Position numbers and translations under genes: made by a program. A stretch of 64,000 nucleotides of DNA from Eledone cirrhosa (lineage: Eukaryota), in contig OZ024741.1 in NCBI GenBank assembly GCA_964016885.1, positions 405,480,001 to 405,544,000 of the forward strand, written 5' to 3'. The notes beneath the pieces were generated by a model. That model had not been told where the DNA came from. It searched no databases and was given only the letters and a program-made list of their open reading frames with translations. Shown here one piece after another: positions 9,916 to 25,200 of this stretch (position 1 is its first letter; every line of letters starts with the position of its first letter).

Positions 9916-10236
9916 GTCACGGCGAGGTTTGAATCCAGAACAAAGCTGAAAAACAATATCACAAGGCTTTCTAATGATTTCCTCATCCGCTGCCCTATGC
10001 CCTAGTCTGGTACATTGTTTATCGAACTCGGAACAATAAACAGCACATTTGAATTGAAGGGTTCTAAATTCAGATAGTAAGGGGTTGGAAAAACACCGCT
10101 CCAAAGCTTCTGCCAATTGGTAGATTTATGGGCAATTTAGCAATAGATTGATATGTGCAATACCACATCTAACTTCAACTTCATACAGTTGAAGCAGTTA
10201 AGCCGTGTCTTTTGCTGATTCAGGCGGATGGTGAAG

Positions 10237-13200
10237 CATTACAGTAGGGTACATTAAGTTAGGTACATTACAGTAGGGTACATTACAGTAGGGTACATTA
10301 CAGTAGGGTACATTAGGTTAGGTGGATTAACAGTAAGTACATTAGGTTAGGCACATCACAGTAGGGTACATTACAGTAGGGTACATTAGGTTAGGTACAA
10401 TTAGGTTAGGTATATTACAGTAAGTATATTACAGTAGGTACTTTACAGTAGGTACATTAGGTTAGGTACATTACAGTAGGTATTTTACAGTAGGCACATT
10501 AGGTTAGGTACATTACAGTAGGTACATCACAGTAAGTACGCTAGTTTAGGTACATTACAGTAGGGTACATTACAGCAGGTACATTACAGTAGCGTACATT
10601 ACAGTAGCGTACATTACTGTAGGTACATTAGGTTAGGTACATTACAGTAGGTACATTACAGTAGGTACATTACAGTAGGTACATTACAGCAGGTACATTA
10701 GGTTAGGTACATTACAGTAGGTACATTACACTAGGTACATTACAGAAAATACATTACAGTAGGGTACATTACGTTAGGTACATTACAGTAAGTACATTAG
10801 GTTAGGTACATTACAATAGGTACATTACGGTAGGTACATTGCGGTAGGTAGATTACACTAGGGTACATTAGGTTAGGTACATTACAGTAGATACATCACA
10901 GTAAGTACATTAGTTTAGGTATATTACAGTAGGGTACATTACAGTAGGTACATTACAGTAGCGTACATTATAGTAGGTACATTAGGTTAGGTACATTACA
11001 GTAGGTACATTACAGTAGGTACATTACAGTAGGTACATTAGGTTAGGTACATTACAGTAGGTACATTACAATAGGTACATTACAGTAAATACATTAGAGT
11101 AGGATACATTACAGTAGGGTACATTACGTTAGGTACATTACAGTAGGTACATTAGGTTAGGTACATTACAATAGGTACATTACAGTAGGTACATTGCGGT
11201 AGGTACATTACACTAGGGTACATTAGTTTAGGTACATTACAGTAGGTACATTAGGTTAGGTACATTAGGTTAGGTACATTAGGTTAGGTACATTACAATA
11301 GGTACATTACAGTAGGTACATTGCGGTAGGTACATTACACTAGGGTACATTAGTTTAGGTACATTACAGTAGGTACATTAGGTTAGGTACATTAGGTTAG
11401 GTACATTAGGTTAGGTACATTACAGCAGGTACCTCACAGTAAGTACATTAGGTTAGGTACATTAGGTTAGATACATTAGAGTAGGGTACATTACAGTAGA
11501 TACATTACAGTAGGTACATTAGGTTAGGTACATTACAGTAGGAACATTACAGTAGGTACATTATAGTAGCTACATTAGATGTAGGTACATTACAGTAGGT
11601 GCATTACAGTAGGTTCATTACAGTAGGTATATTAGGTTAGGTATATTACAGTAGGTACATTACAGTAGGTACATTACAGCAGGTACATTAGGTTAGGTAC
11701 ATTACAGTAGGTACATTACAGTAGGTACATTACAGTAAGTTCATTGCAGTAGGGTACATTACAGTAGGGTACATTAGGTTAGGTACATTACAGTAGGTAC
11801 ATTAGGTTAGGTACATTACAGTAGGTACATTACAGTATGTACATTACAGTAGGTACATTACAGTATGTACATTACAGTAGGTACATTAGGTTAGGTACAT
11901 TACAGTAGGGTACATTAGGTTAGGTACATTACAGTAGGTACAATAGGTTAGGTACATTACAGTAGGTACACTACAGTAGGTACATTAGGTTAGGTACGTT
12001 ACAGTAGGTACATTAGGGTAGGTACATTACAGTAGGTACATCACAGTAAGTACATAAGTTTAGGTACATTACAGTAAGGTACATTACAGTAGGTACATTA
12101 CAGTAGCGTACATTACAGTAGGTACATTAGGTTAGGTATATTACAGTAGGTACATTATAGTAGGTACGTTACAGCAGGTACATTAGGTTAGGTACATTAC
12201 AGTAGGTACATTACACTAGGTACATTACAGTAAATACATTACAGTAGGGTACATTACAGTAGGGTACATTACGTTAGGTACATTACAGTAAGTACATTAG
12301 GTTAGGTACATTACAATAGGTACATTACAGTAGGTACATTGCGGTAGGTACGTTACACTAGGGTACATTAGGTTAGCTACATTACAGTAGATACATCACA
12401 GTAAGTACATTAGTTTAGGTATATTACAGTAGGGTACATTACAGTAGGTACATTACAGTAGCGTACATTACAGTAGGTACATTAGGTTAGGTACATTACA
12501 GTAAGTACATTACAGTAGGTACATTACAGTAGGTACATTAGATTAGGTACATTACAATAGGTACATTACAGTAGGTACATTGCGGTCGGTAGATTACACT
12601 AGGGTACATTAGTTTAGGTACATTACAGTAGCTACATTAGGTTAGGTACATTAGGTTAGGTACATTACAGTAGGTACATTAGGTTAGGTACATTACAGTA
12701 GGTACATTATGTTAGGTACATTACAGTAGGTACATTACAGTAGGGTACATTAGGTTAGATACATTAGCTTAGATATATTACAGTAGGTATACATTATGGT
12801 AGGTACATTACAGTAGGTATACATTATGGTAGGTACATTACAGTAGGTACATTACAGTAGGTAATTAGGTTAGGTATATTACAGTAGGTACATTACAGTA
12901 GGGTACATTACAGTAGGTGCATTACAGTAGGGACATTACAGTAGGGTTCATTAGGTTAGGTATATTACAGTAGGTACATCACAGTAAGTATATTAGGTTA
13001 GGTACATTGCAGTAGGGTACATTACAGTAGGGTACATTACAGTAGGTACATTAGGTTAGGTACATTACGATAGGTACATTACAGTAAGGTACATTATGTT
13101 AGGTACATTACAGTAGGTACATTACAGTAGGTACATTACAGTAGATACTCTACAGTAGGGTACATTAGGTTAGGTACATTACAGTAGGGTACATTAGGTT

Positions 13201-16200
13201 AGGTACATTAGTGTAGGTACCTTAGCTTAGGTACATTACAGTAGGTACATAACGGTAGGTACATTACAGGAGGGTACATTAGGTTAGGTACATTAGAGTA
13301 GGTACATTACAATAGGTACGTTACAGTAGGTACATTACACTAGGTATATTAGGTTAGGTACATTACACTAGGTACATTAGGTTAGGTACATTACAGTAGG
13401 TACATTACACTAGGTACTTTAGGTTAGGTACATTACAGCAGGTACATTACAGTATGGTACATTAGGTTAGGTATATTACAGTAGCTACATTAGGTTAGGT
13501 ACATTAGAGTAGGGTACATTAGGTTAGATACATTAGCTTAGGTACATTACAGTAGGTACATTACAGTAGGTCTATTAGGTTAGATACATTACAGTAGGTG
13601 CATTACTGTAGGGTGTATTAGCTTAGGTACATTACAGTAGGTACTTTACAGTAAGTATATTAGGTTAGGTACATTACAGTAGGTACATTAGGTTAGGTAA
13701 ATTACACTAGCTACATTACACTAGGTACATTAACAATAGGGTACATTACAGGAGGTACATTAGGTTAGGTACATTACAGCAGGTACCTCACAGTAAGTAC
13801 GTTAGGTTAGGTACATTAGGTTAGATACATTACAGTAGGGTACATTACAGTAGATACATTACAGTAGGTACATTAGGTTAGGTACATTACAGTAGGAACA
13901 TTACAGTAGGTACATTATAGTAGTTACATTACAGTAGGTACATTACAGTAGGTGCATTACAGTAGGTTCATTACAGTAGGTATATTAGGTTAGGTACATT
14001 ACAGTAGGTACATTACAGTAGGTACATTACAGCAGGTACATTACAGTAAGTTCATTGCAGTAGGGTACATTACAGTAGGGTACATTAGGTTAGGTACATT
14101 ACAGTAGGTACATTAGGTTAGGTACATTACAGTAGGTACATTAGGTTAGGTAGATTACAGTAGGTACATTACAGTATGTACATTACAGTAGGTACATTAG
14201 GTTAGGTACAGTGCAGGTGGGTACATTAGGTTACGTACATTACAATAGGTACATTACAGTAGGTACATTAGGTTAGGTACATTACAGTAGGTACATTACA
14301 GTATGTAAATTACAGTAGGTACATTAGGCTAGGTATATTACAGTAGGGTGCATTAGGTTAGGTACATTACAATAGGTACATTACAGTAGGTGCATTAGGT
14401 TATGTACATTACAGTAGGTACATTAGGTTAGGTACATTACACTAGGTACACTACAGTAGGTACATTAGGTTAGGTACGTTACACTAGGGTACATTAGGTT
14501 AGGTACATTACAGTAGATACATCACAGTAAGTACATTAGTTTAGGTATATTACAGTATGGTACATTACAGTAGGTACATTACAGTAGCGTACATTACAGT
14601 AGGTACATTAGGTTAGGTACATTAGGTTAGGTACATTACAGCAGGTACATAAGGTTAGGTACATTACAGTAGGTACATTACAGTAGGTACATTGCGGTAG
14701 GTACATTACACAAGGGTACATTAGTTTAGGTACATTACAGTAGGTACATTACGTTAGGTACATTACAGTAGGTACATTAGGTTAGGTACATTACAATAGG
14801 TACATTACAGTAGGTACATTGCGGTAGGTACATTACACAAGGGTACATTAGTTTAGATACATTACAGTAGGTACATTACGTTAGGTACATTACAGTAGGT
14901 ACATTAGGTTAGTTATATTACAATAGGTACATTACAGTAGGTACATTGCGGTGGGTACATTAAAATAGGGTACATTAGTTTAGGTAAATTACAGTAGGTA
15001 CATTAGGTAAGGTACATTAGGTTAGGTACATTATGTTAGGTACATTACAGTAGGTACATTAGGTTAGGTACATTACAGTAGGTACATTATGTTAGGTACA
15101 TTATAGTAGGTACATTACAGTAGGTACATTACAGTAGGTGCATTACAGTAGGTTCATTACAGTAGGTATATTAGGTTAGGTACATTACAGTAGGGTACAT
15201 TTGGTTAGATACATTAGCTTAGATACATTACAGTAGGTATACATTATGGTAGGTACATTACAGTAGGTACATTACAGTAGGTAATTAGGTTAGGTATATT
15301 ACAGTAGGTACATTACAGTAGGGTACATTACAGTAGGGTACGTTAGGTTAGGTATATTACAGTAGGTACATCACAGTAAGTATATTAGGTGAGGTACATT
15401 ACAGTAGGGTACATTACAGTAGGGTACGTAACAGTAGGTACATTAGGTTAGGTACATTACAATAGGTACATTAAAGTAGGGTACATTAGGTTAAGTACAT
15501 TACAGTAGGTACATTACAGTAGGTACATTACAGTCGATACTCTACAGTAGGGTACATTAGGTTAGGTACATTACAGTAGGGTACATTAGGTTAGGTACAT
15601 TAGTGTAGGTACATTAGCTTAGGTACATTACAGTAGGTACATAACGGTAGGTACATTACAGGAGGGTACATTAGGTTAGGTACATTAGAGTAGGTACACT
15701 ACAATAGGTACATTACAGTAGGTACATTACAGTAGGTACATTAGGTTAGGTACATTACAGGAGGTACATTACAGTAGGGTACATTACAACAGGTATATTA
15801 CAGTAGGGTACATTACAGTATGGTACATTAGGTTAGGTAGATTACAGTAGCTACATTAGGTTAGGTACATTACAGTAGGTACATTACAGAAGGTCTATTA
15901 GGTTAGATACATTACAGTAGGTGCATTACTGTAGGATATATTAGCTTAGGTACATTACAGTACGTACATTACAGTAAGTACATTAGGTTAGGTACATTAC
16001 AGTAGGTACATTACAGTAGGTACATTACAGTAAGTTCATTGCAGTAGGGTACATTACAGTAGGGTACATTAGGTTAGGTACATTACAGTAGGTACGTTAG
16101 GTTAGGTACATTACAGTAGGTACATTAGGTTAGGTACATTACAGTAGGTACATTACAGTATGTACATTACATAGGTACATTAGGTTAGGTACAGTACAGT

Positions 16201-19200
16201 AGGGTACATTAGGTTAGGTACATTACAATAGTTACATTACAGTAGGTACATTAGGTTAGGTACATTACAGTAGGTACATTACAGTATGTACATTACAGTA
16301 GGTACATTAGGTTAGGTACATTACAGTAGGGTACATTAGGTTAGGAAACATTACAATAGGTACATTACAGTAGGTACATTAGGTTAGGTACATTACAGTA
16401 GGTACATTAGGTTAGGTACATTACAGTAGATACATCACCGTAAGTACATTAGTTTAGGTATATTACAGTAGGGTACATTACAGTAGGTACATTACAGTAG
16501 CGTACATTAGAGTAGGTACATTAGGTTAGGTACATTACAGTAGGTACATTACAGTAGGTACATTACAGTAGGTACATTAGGTTAGGTACATTACAGTAGG
16601 TACATTACAATAGGTACATTACAGTAAATAAATTAGAGTAGGATACATTACAGTAGGGTACATTACGTTAGGTACATTACAGTAGGTACATTAGGTTAGG
16701 TACATTACAATAGGTACATTACAGTAGGTACATTGCGGTAGGTACATTACACAAGGGTACATTAGTTTAGGTACATTACAGTAGGTACATTAGGTTAGGC
16801 ACATTAGGTTAGGTACATTACAGTAGGTACATTACGTTAGGTACATTGCAGTAGGTACATTGCGGGAGGTACATTACACTAGGGTACATTAGTTTAGGTA
16901 CATTACAGTAGGTACATTAGGTTAGGTACATTATGTTAGGTACATTACAGAATGTACATTATGTTAGGTACATTACAGTAGGTACATTACAGTAGGGTAC
17001 ATTAGGTTAGATACATTAGCTTAGATACATTACAGTAGGTATACATTATGGTAGGTACATTACAGTAGGTATACATTATGGTAGGTACATTACAGTAGGT
17101 ACATTACAGTAGGTAATTAGGTTAGGTATATTACAGTAGGTACATTACAGTAGGGTACATTACGTTAGGTATATTACAGTAGGTACATTACAGTAGATAC
17201 ATTACAGTAGGTACTTTACAGTAGGTACATTACAGTAGGGTACATTAGGTTAGGTACATTACAGAGGTACTTACAGTAGATAGATTACAGTAGGTACATT
17301 ACAGTAGATACTTTACAGTAGGGTACATTAGGTTAGGTACATTACAGTAGGGTACATCAGGTTAGGTACGTTAGTGTAGGTACATTAGCTTAGGTACATT
17401 ACAGTAGGTACATAACGGTAGGTACATTACAGGAGGGTACATTAGGTTACGTACATTAGAGTAGGTACATTACAATAGGTACATCAAAGTAGGTACATTA
17501 CAGTAGGTACATTAGGTTAGGTACATTACACTAGGTACATTAGGTTAGGTACATTACACTAGGTACATTACAGTAGGTACATTACAGTAGGCTACATAAC
17601 AAAAGGTATATTACAGTAGGGTACATTACAGTATGGTACATTAGGTTAGGTACATCACAGTAGCTACATTAGGTTAGGTACATTACAGTAGGTACATCAC
17701 AGTAGGTACATTAGGTTAGGTACATTACAGTAGGGTACATTAGGTTAGGTACATTACAATAGGTACATTACAGTATGTACATTAGTTTAGGTACATTACA
17801 GTAGGTACATTAGGTTAGGTACATTACAGTATGTACAGTAGAGTAGGTACATTAGGTTAGGTACGTTACAGTAGGTACATTAGGTTAGGTACATTACAGT
17901 AGGTACATCACAGTAAGTCCATTAGTTTAGGTACATTAGGTTAGGTACATTATAGTAGGTATATTACACTAGGTACATTACAGTAAATACATTACAGTGG
18001 AGTACATTACAGTAGTGTACATAACGTTAGGTAAATTACAGTAAGTACATTAGGTTAGGTACATTACAATAGGTACATTATAGTAGGTACATTGCGGTAG
18101 GTACATTACACTAGGGTACATTAGGTTAGGTACATTACAGTAGATATATCACAGTAATTACATTAGTTTAGCTATATTACAGTAGGGTACATTACAGTAG
18201 GTTAATTACAGTAGCGTACATTACAGTAGGTACATTGGGTTAGGTACATTACAGTAGGTACATTACAATAGGTACATTACAGTAAATACATTAGAGTAGG
18301 ATACATTACGTTAGGTACATTACAGTAGGTACATTAGGTTAGGTACATTACAATAGGTAAATTACAATAGGTACATTGCGGTAGGTACATTACACAAGGG
18401 TACATTAGTTTAGGTACATTACAGTAGGTACATTAGGTTAGGTGCATTAGGATAGGTACATTACAGTATGTACGTTACGTGAGGTACATTGCAGTAGGTA
18501 CATTAGGTTAGGTAAATTACAATAGGTACATAAAAGTAGGTACATTGCGGTAGGTACATTACACTAGGGTACATTAGTTTAGGTACATTACAGTAGGTAC
18601 ATTAGGTTAGGTACATTAGGTTAGGTACATTACAGTAGGTACATTAGGTTAGGTACATTAGGTTAGGTACATTAGGTTAGGTACATTAGGTTAGGTACAT
18701 TACAGTAGGTACGTTACAGTAGATACTCTACTGTAGGGTACATTAGGTTAGGTACATTACAGTAGGGTACATTAGGTTAGGTACATTAGTATAGGTACAT
18801 TATAGTAGCTACATTACAGTAGGTACATTATAGTATGTGCATTACAGTTGGTTCATTACAGTAGGTATATTAGGTTAGGTACATTACAGTAGGTACATTA
18901 CAGTAGGTTCATTAGGTTAGGTACATTACAGTAGGTACATTACAGTAGGTACATCACAGTAAGTTCATTGCAGTAGGGTACATTACAGTAGGGTACATTA
19001 GGTTAGGTACATTATAGTAGGTACATTAGGTTAGGTACATTACAGTAGGTACATTAGGTTAGGTACATTACAGTAGGTACATTACAGTATGTACATTACA
19101 GTATGTACATTACAGTAGGTACATTAGGTTAGGTACATTACAGTAGGTACATTACAGTAGGTACATTACAGTAGGTATATTATTTTAGGTACATTACAGT

Positions 19201-22200
19201 AGGTATATTAGGTTAGGTACATTACAGTAGGTACATTACAGTAGGTACATTACAGTAGGTACATTACAGTAGGTACATTAGGTTAGGTACATTACAGTAG
19301 GTACATTACAGTAGGTACATTACAGTAAGTTCATTGCAGTAGGGTACATTACAATAGGGTACATTATGTTAGGTACATTATAGTAGGTTCATTAGGTTAG
19401 GTACATTACAGTAGGTACATTACGTTAGGTACATTACAGTAGGTACATTACAGTATGTACATTACAGTAGGTACATTAGGTTAGGTACATTACAGTAGGG
19501 TACATTAGGTTAGGTACATTACAATAGGTACATTACAGCAGGTACATTAGATTAGGTAAATTACAGTAGGTACATTAGGTTAGGTACATTACAGTAGGTA
19601 CACTACAGTAGGTACATTAGGCTAGGTATATTACAGTAGGTACATTACAGTAGGGTACATTACAGGAGGTGCATTACAGTAGGTACATTACAGTAGGGTA
19701 CATTAGGTTAGGTATATTACAGTAGGTACACCAGAGTAAGTATATTAGGTTAGGTACATTACAGTAGGGTACATTGAAGTAGGGTACATTACAGTAGGTA
19801 CATTAGGTTAGGTACATTACAACTGGTACATTACGGTAGGGTACATTAGGTTAGGTACATTACAGTAGGTACATTACAGTAGGTACATTACAGTAAATAC
19901 TCTACAGTAGGGTACATTAGATTAGGTACATTACAATAGGGTACATTAGGTTAGGTACATTAGTGTAGGTACATTACAATAGGTACATTACAATAGGTAC
20001 ATTACAGTAGGTATATTAGGTTAGGTACATTACACTAGGTATATTAGGTTAGGTACATTACAGTAGGTACATTACAGTAGGGTACATTACAACAGGTAAT
20101 TACAGTAGGTTACATTACACTATGGTACATTAGGTTAGGTAGATTACAGTAGCTACATTAGGTTAGCTACATTACAGTAGGGTACATTAGGTTAGATACA
20201 TTAGCTTAGGTAGATTACAGTAGGTACATTACAGTAGGTCTATTAGGTTAGATACATTTCAGTAGGTGCATTATTGTAGGGTATATTAGCTTAGGTACAT
20301 TACAGTAGGTACATTACTGTAAGTACATTACAGTAGGTACATTAGGTTAGGTACATTACACTAGGTACATTACACTAGGTATATTACAATAGTGTACATT
20401 ACAGTAGTGACATTAGGTTAGGTACATTACAGTAGGAACATTTCAGTAGGTACATTATAGTAGCTACATTACAGTAGGTACATTACAGTAGGTGCATTAC
20501 AGTAGGTTCATTACAGTACGTATATTAGGTTAGGTAGATTACAGTAGGTACATTACAGTAGGTACATTACAGCAGGTACATTAGGTTAGGTACATTACAG
20601 TAGGTACATTACAGTAGGTACATTACAGTAAGTTCATTGCAGTAGGGTACATTACAGTAGGGTACATTAGGTTAGGTACATTACAGTAGGTACTTAGTTT
20701 AGGTACATTACAGTAGGTACATTAGGTTAGGTACATTACAGTAGGTACATTAGGTTAGGTACATTACAGTAGGTACATTACAGTATGTACATTACAGCAG
20801 GTACATTAGGTTAGGTACATTACAGTAGGGTACATTAGGTTAGGTACATTACAATAGGTACATTACAGTAGGTACATTAGGTTAGGTATATTACAGTAGG
20901 TACACTACAGTAGGTACATTAGGTTAGGTACGTTACAATAGGTACATTAGGTTAGGTTCATTACAGTAGGTACATACATTACAGTAGGTACATTAAGTTA
21001 AGTAAATTATAGTAGGTATATTAGGTTAGGTACATTACAGTAGGTACATTACAGTAGGTACATTACAGTAGGTACATTATAGTAGGGAACATTAGGTTAG
21101 GTATATTACAATAGGTACATTACAGTAGATACTTTACAGTAGTGTACATTAGGTTAGGTACATTACAGTAGATACATTACAGTAGATACATTACAGTAGG
21201 TACTTCACAGTAGGTACATTACAGTATGTACATTACAGTAGGTACATTAGGTTAGGTACATTACAGTAGGGTACATTAGGTTAGGTACATTGCATTAGGT
21301 ACATTACAGTAGGTACATTACAGTAGGCACATTATAGTAGGGAACTTTAGGTCAGGTACATTACAGTAGGTACATAACAGTAGATACTTTACAGTAGGAT
21401 ACATTAGGTTAGTTACATTACAGTAGGTACCTTACAGTAGATACATTACAGTAGGTACGATACAGTAGGTATATTACTGTAGGGTACATTAGTTTAGGTA
21501 CATTACAGTAGGTAAACTACACTAGGTACATTAGGTTAGGTACGTTACAGTAGGTACATACATTACAGTAGGTACATTAGGTTAGGTACGTTACAGTAGG
21601 GTACATTAGATTAGCTACATTATTGTAGGTACATTACAGTAGATACTTTACAGTAGGGTACATTAGGTTAGGTACATTACAGTAGGTACATTACAGTAGA
21701 TACATTACAGTAGGTACTTTACAGTAGGTACATTACAGTAGGGTACATTAGGTTAGGTACATTACAGTAGGTACATTACAGTAGATACTTTACGTAGGGT
21801 ACATTAGGTTAGGTACATTACAGTAGGTACATTACAATAGATACATTACAGTAGTTACTTTACAGTAGATACATTACAGTAAGGTACATTAGGTTAGGTA
21901 CATTACAGAGGTACATTAGAGTAGGTACATTACAGTAGGAACATTACAGTAGGGTACATTATAGTAGGTACATTACAGTAGGTAATTAGGTTTGGTATAT
22001 TACACTAGGGTACATTACAGTAGGTATATTACAATATGGTATATTACAGTAGGTACATTAGGTTAGGTACATTACAGTAGGTACATGAGTTTAGGTATAT
22101 TACAGTAGGTACATTACAGTAGGGTACATTACAGTTGGTGCATTAGAGTAGGTACATTACAGTAGGTACATTAGTTTAGGTATATTACAGTAGGTACATT

Positions 22201-25200
22201 AGGTTAGGTACATTACAGTAGGTACATTGCAGTAGGTACATTGCAGTAGGTACATTACAGTAGGTACATTAGATTAGGTACATTACAGTAGGTACATTAG
22301 GTTAGGTACATTACAGTAGGTACATCACAGTAAGTATATTAGGTTAGGTACATTACAGTAGGTACATTAGGTTAGATTCATTGCAGCAGGTACATACATT
22401 ACAGTAGGTACATTAAGTTAGGTACATTATAGTAGGTATATTAGGTTATGTACATTACAGTAGGTACGTTACAGTAGGTACATTATAGTAGGGAACATTA
22501 GGTTAGGTACATTACAATAGGTACATTACAGTAGATACTTTACAGTAGGGTACATTAGGTTAGGTACATTAGAGTAGGTATATTACAGTAGATACATTAC
22601 AGTAGGTACTTTACATTAGGTAGATTACAGTAGGTACATTACAGTAGATACTTTACAGTAGGGTACAATAAGTTAGCTACATTACAGTAGGGTACATTAG
22701 GTTAGGTACATTAGTATAGGTACATTACAATAGGTATATCAAAGTAGGTACATTACAGTAGGTACATTAGGTTAGGTACATTACACTAGGTACATTAGGT
22801 TAGGTACATTACACTAGGTACATTACAGTAGGTACATTACAGTAGGGTACATTACAGTATGGTCCATTAGGTTAGGTACATCACAGTAGGTACATTAGGT
22901 TAGGTACATTACAGTAGGGTACATTAGGTTAGATACATTAGCTTAGGTACATTACAGTAGGTACATTACAGCAGGTACATTACAGCAGGTACATTACAGT
23001 AGGTACAGCAGGTACAGCAGGTACCTCACAGTAAGGACATTAGGTTAGGTACATTAGGTTATATACATTACAGTAGGGTACATTACAGTAGGTACATTAG
23101 GTTAGGTACATTACTGTAGGAACATTACAGTAGGTACATTATAGTAGCTACATTACAGTAGGTACATTATAGTAGGTGCATTACAGTAGGTTCATTACAG
23201 TAGGTATATTAGGTTAGGTACATTACAGTAGGTACATTACAGTAGGTACATTAGGTTAGGTACATTACAGTAGGTACATTAGAGTAGGTACATTACAGCA
23301 AGTTCATTGCAGTAGGGTACATTACAGTAGGGTACATTAGGTTAGTTACATTATAGTAGGTACATTAGGTTAGGTACATTACAATAGGAACATTACAGTA
23401 TGTACATTACAGTAGGTACATTAGGTTAGGTACATTACAGTAGGGTACATTAGGTTAGGTAAATTACAGTAGGTACATTAGGTTCGCTACATTACAGTAG
23501 GTACACTACAGTATGTACATTAGCTTAGGTACGTTACAGTAGGTACATACATTACAGTAGGTACATAAAGATAAGTACATTAAAGTAGGTATATTAGGTT
23601 AGCTACATTACATTGGGTACATTACAGTAGGTACATTATAGTAGGGAACATTAGGTGAGGTATATTACAGTAGGTACATTACAGTAGATACTTTACAGTA
23701 GGGTACATTAGGTTAGGTACATTACAGTAGGTACATTACGGTAGATACATTACAGTAGGTACATTACAATAGGTACATTACAGTAGGTTACATTAGGTTA
23801 GGTACATTACAATAGGTACATTACAGTATGTACATTACAGTAGGTACATTAGGTTAGGTACATTACAGTTGGTACATTAGGTTAGGTACATTACAGTACC
23901 TACACTAAAGTAGGTACATTAGTTTAGGTACGTTACAGTAGGTACATTAGGTTAGGTACATTACAGTAGGAACATACATTACAGTAGGTACATTACAATA
24001 GGGACATTACAGTAGATACTTTACAGTAGGGTACATTAGGTTAGGTACATTACAGTAGGTACATTACAGTAGATACGTTACAGTAGGTACTTTACAGTAG
24101 GGACATTACAGTAGGGTACATTAGGTTAGGTACATTACAGAGGTACATTAGAGTAGGGTACATTACAGTAGGTACATTAGGTTAGGTACATTACAGTAGG
24201 TACATTACAGTATGTACATTATGTTAGGTACATTACAGTAGGTACATTATATTAGGTACATTACAGTAGGTACACTACATTAGGTACATTAGGTTAGGTA
24301 CGTTACAGTAGGTACATTAGGTTAGGTTCATTACAGTAGGTACATATATTACAGTAGGTACATACATTACAGTAGGTACATTAAGTGAGGTACATTATCG
24401 TAGGTATATTAGGTTAGGTACATTACAGTAGGTACATTACAGTAGATATTTTAGAGTAGGGTACATTAGGTTAGATACATTACAGAAGGTACCTTACAGT
24501 TGATACATTACAGTAGGTACATTACAGTAGGTACATTATAGTGGGGAACATTAGGTCAGGTACATTACAGTAGGTACATTACAGTAGATACTTTACAGTA
24601 GGGTACATTAGGTTAGGTACATTACAGTAGGTACCTTACAGTAGATACATTACAGTAGGTACATTACAGTAGGTATATTACAGTATGTACATTACAGTAG
24701 GTACATTATGTTAGGTACATTACAGTAGGTACATTAGGTGAGGTACATTACAGTAGGTAAACTACAGTAGGTACATTAGGTTAGGTACGTTACAGTAGGT
24801 ACATACATTACAGTAGGTACATTAGGTTAGGTACATTATAGTAGGTACATTACAGTTGATACTTTACAGTAGGGTACATTAGGTTACGTACATTACAGTA
24901 GGTACATTACAGTAGATAGATTACAGTAGGTACTTTACAGTAGGTACATTACAGTAGGGTACATTAGGTTAGGTACATTACAGTAGGTACATTACAGTAG
25001 ATACTTTACAGTAGGGTACATAAGGTTAGGTACATTGCAGTTGGTACATTACAGTAGTTACATTACAGTAGGTACTTTACAGTAGGTACATTACAATAGG
25101 GTACATTAGGTTAGGTACGTTACAGTAGGTACATTACAATAGGTACATTAGGTTAGGTACGTTACACTAGGGTACATTACAGTAGTTACATTACAGTAGG

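Noticed and set aside
9901-10116. 71-aa minus-strand ORF as an exon or gag remnant
   Set aside because: It has a non-ATG start, no recognisable motif, and ends inside the MITE. A tblastn search would be needed; not supportable by eye.
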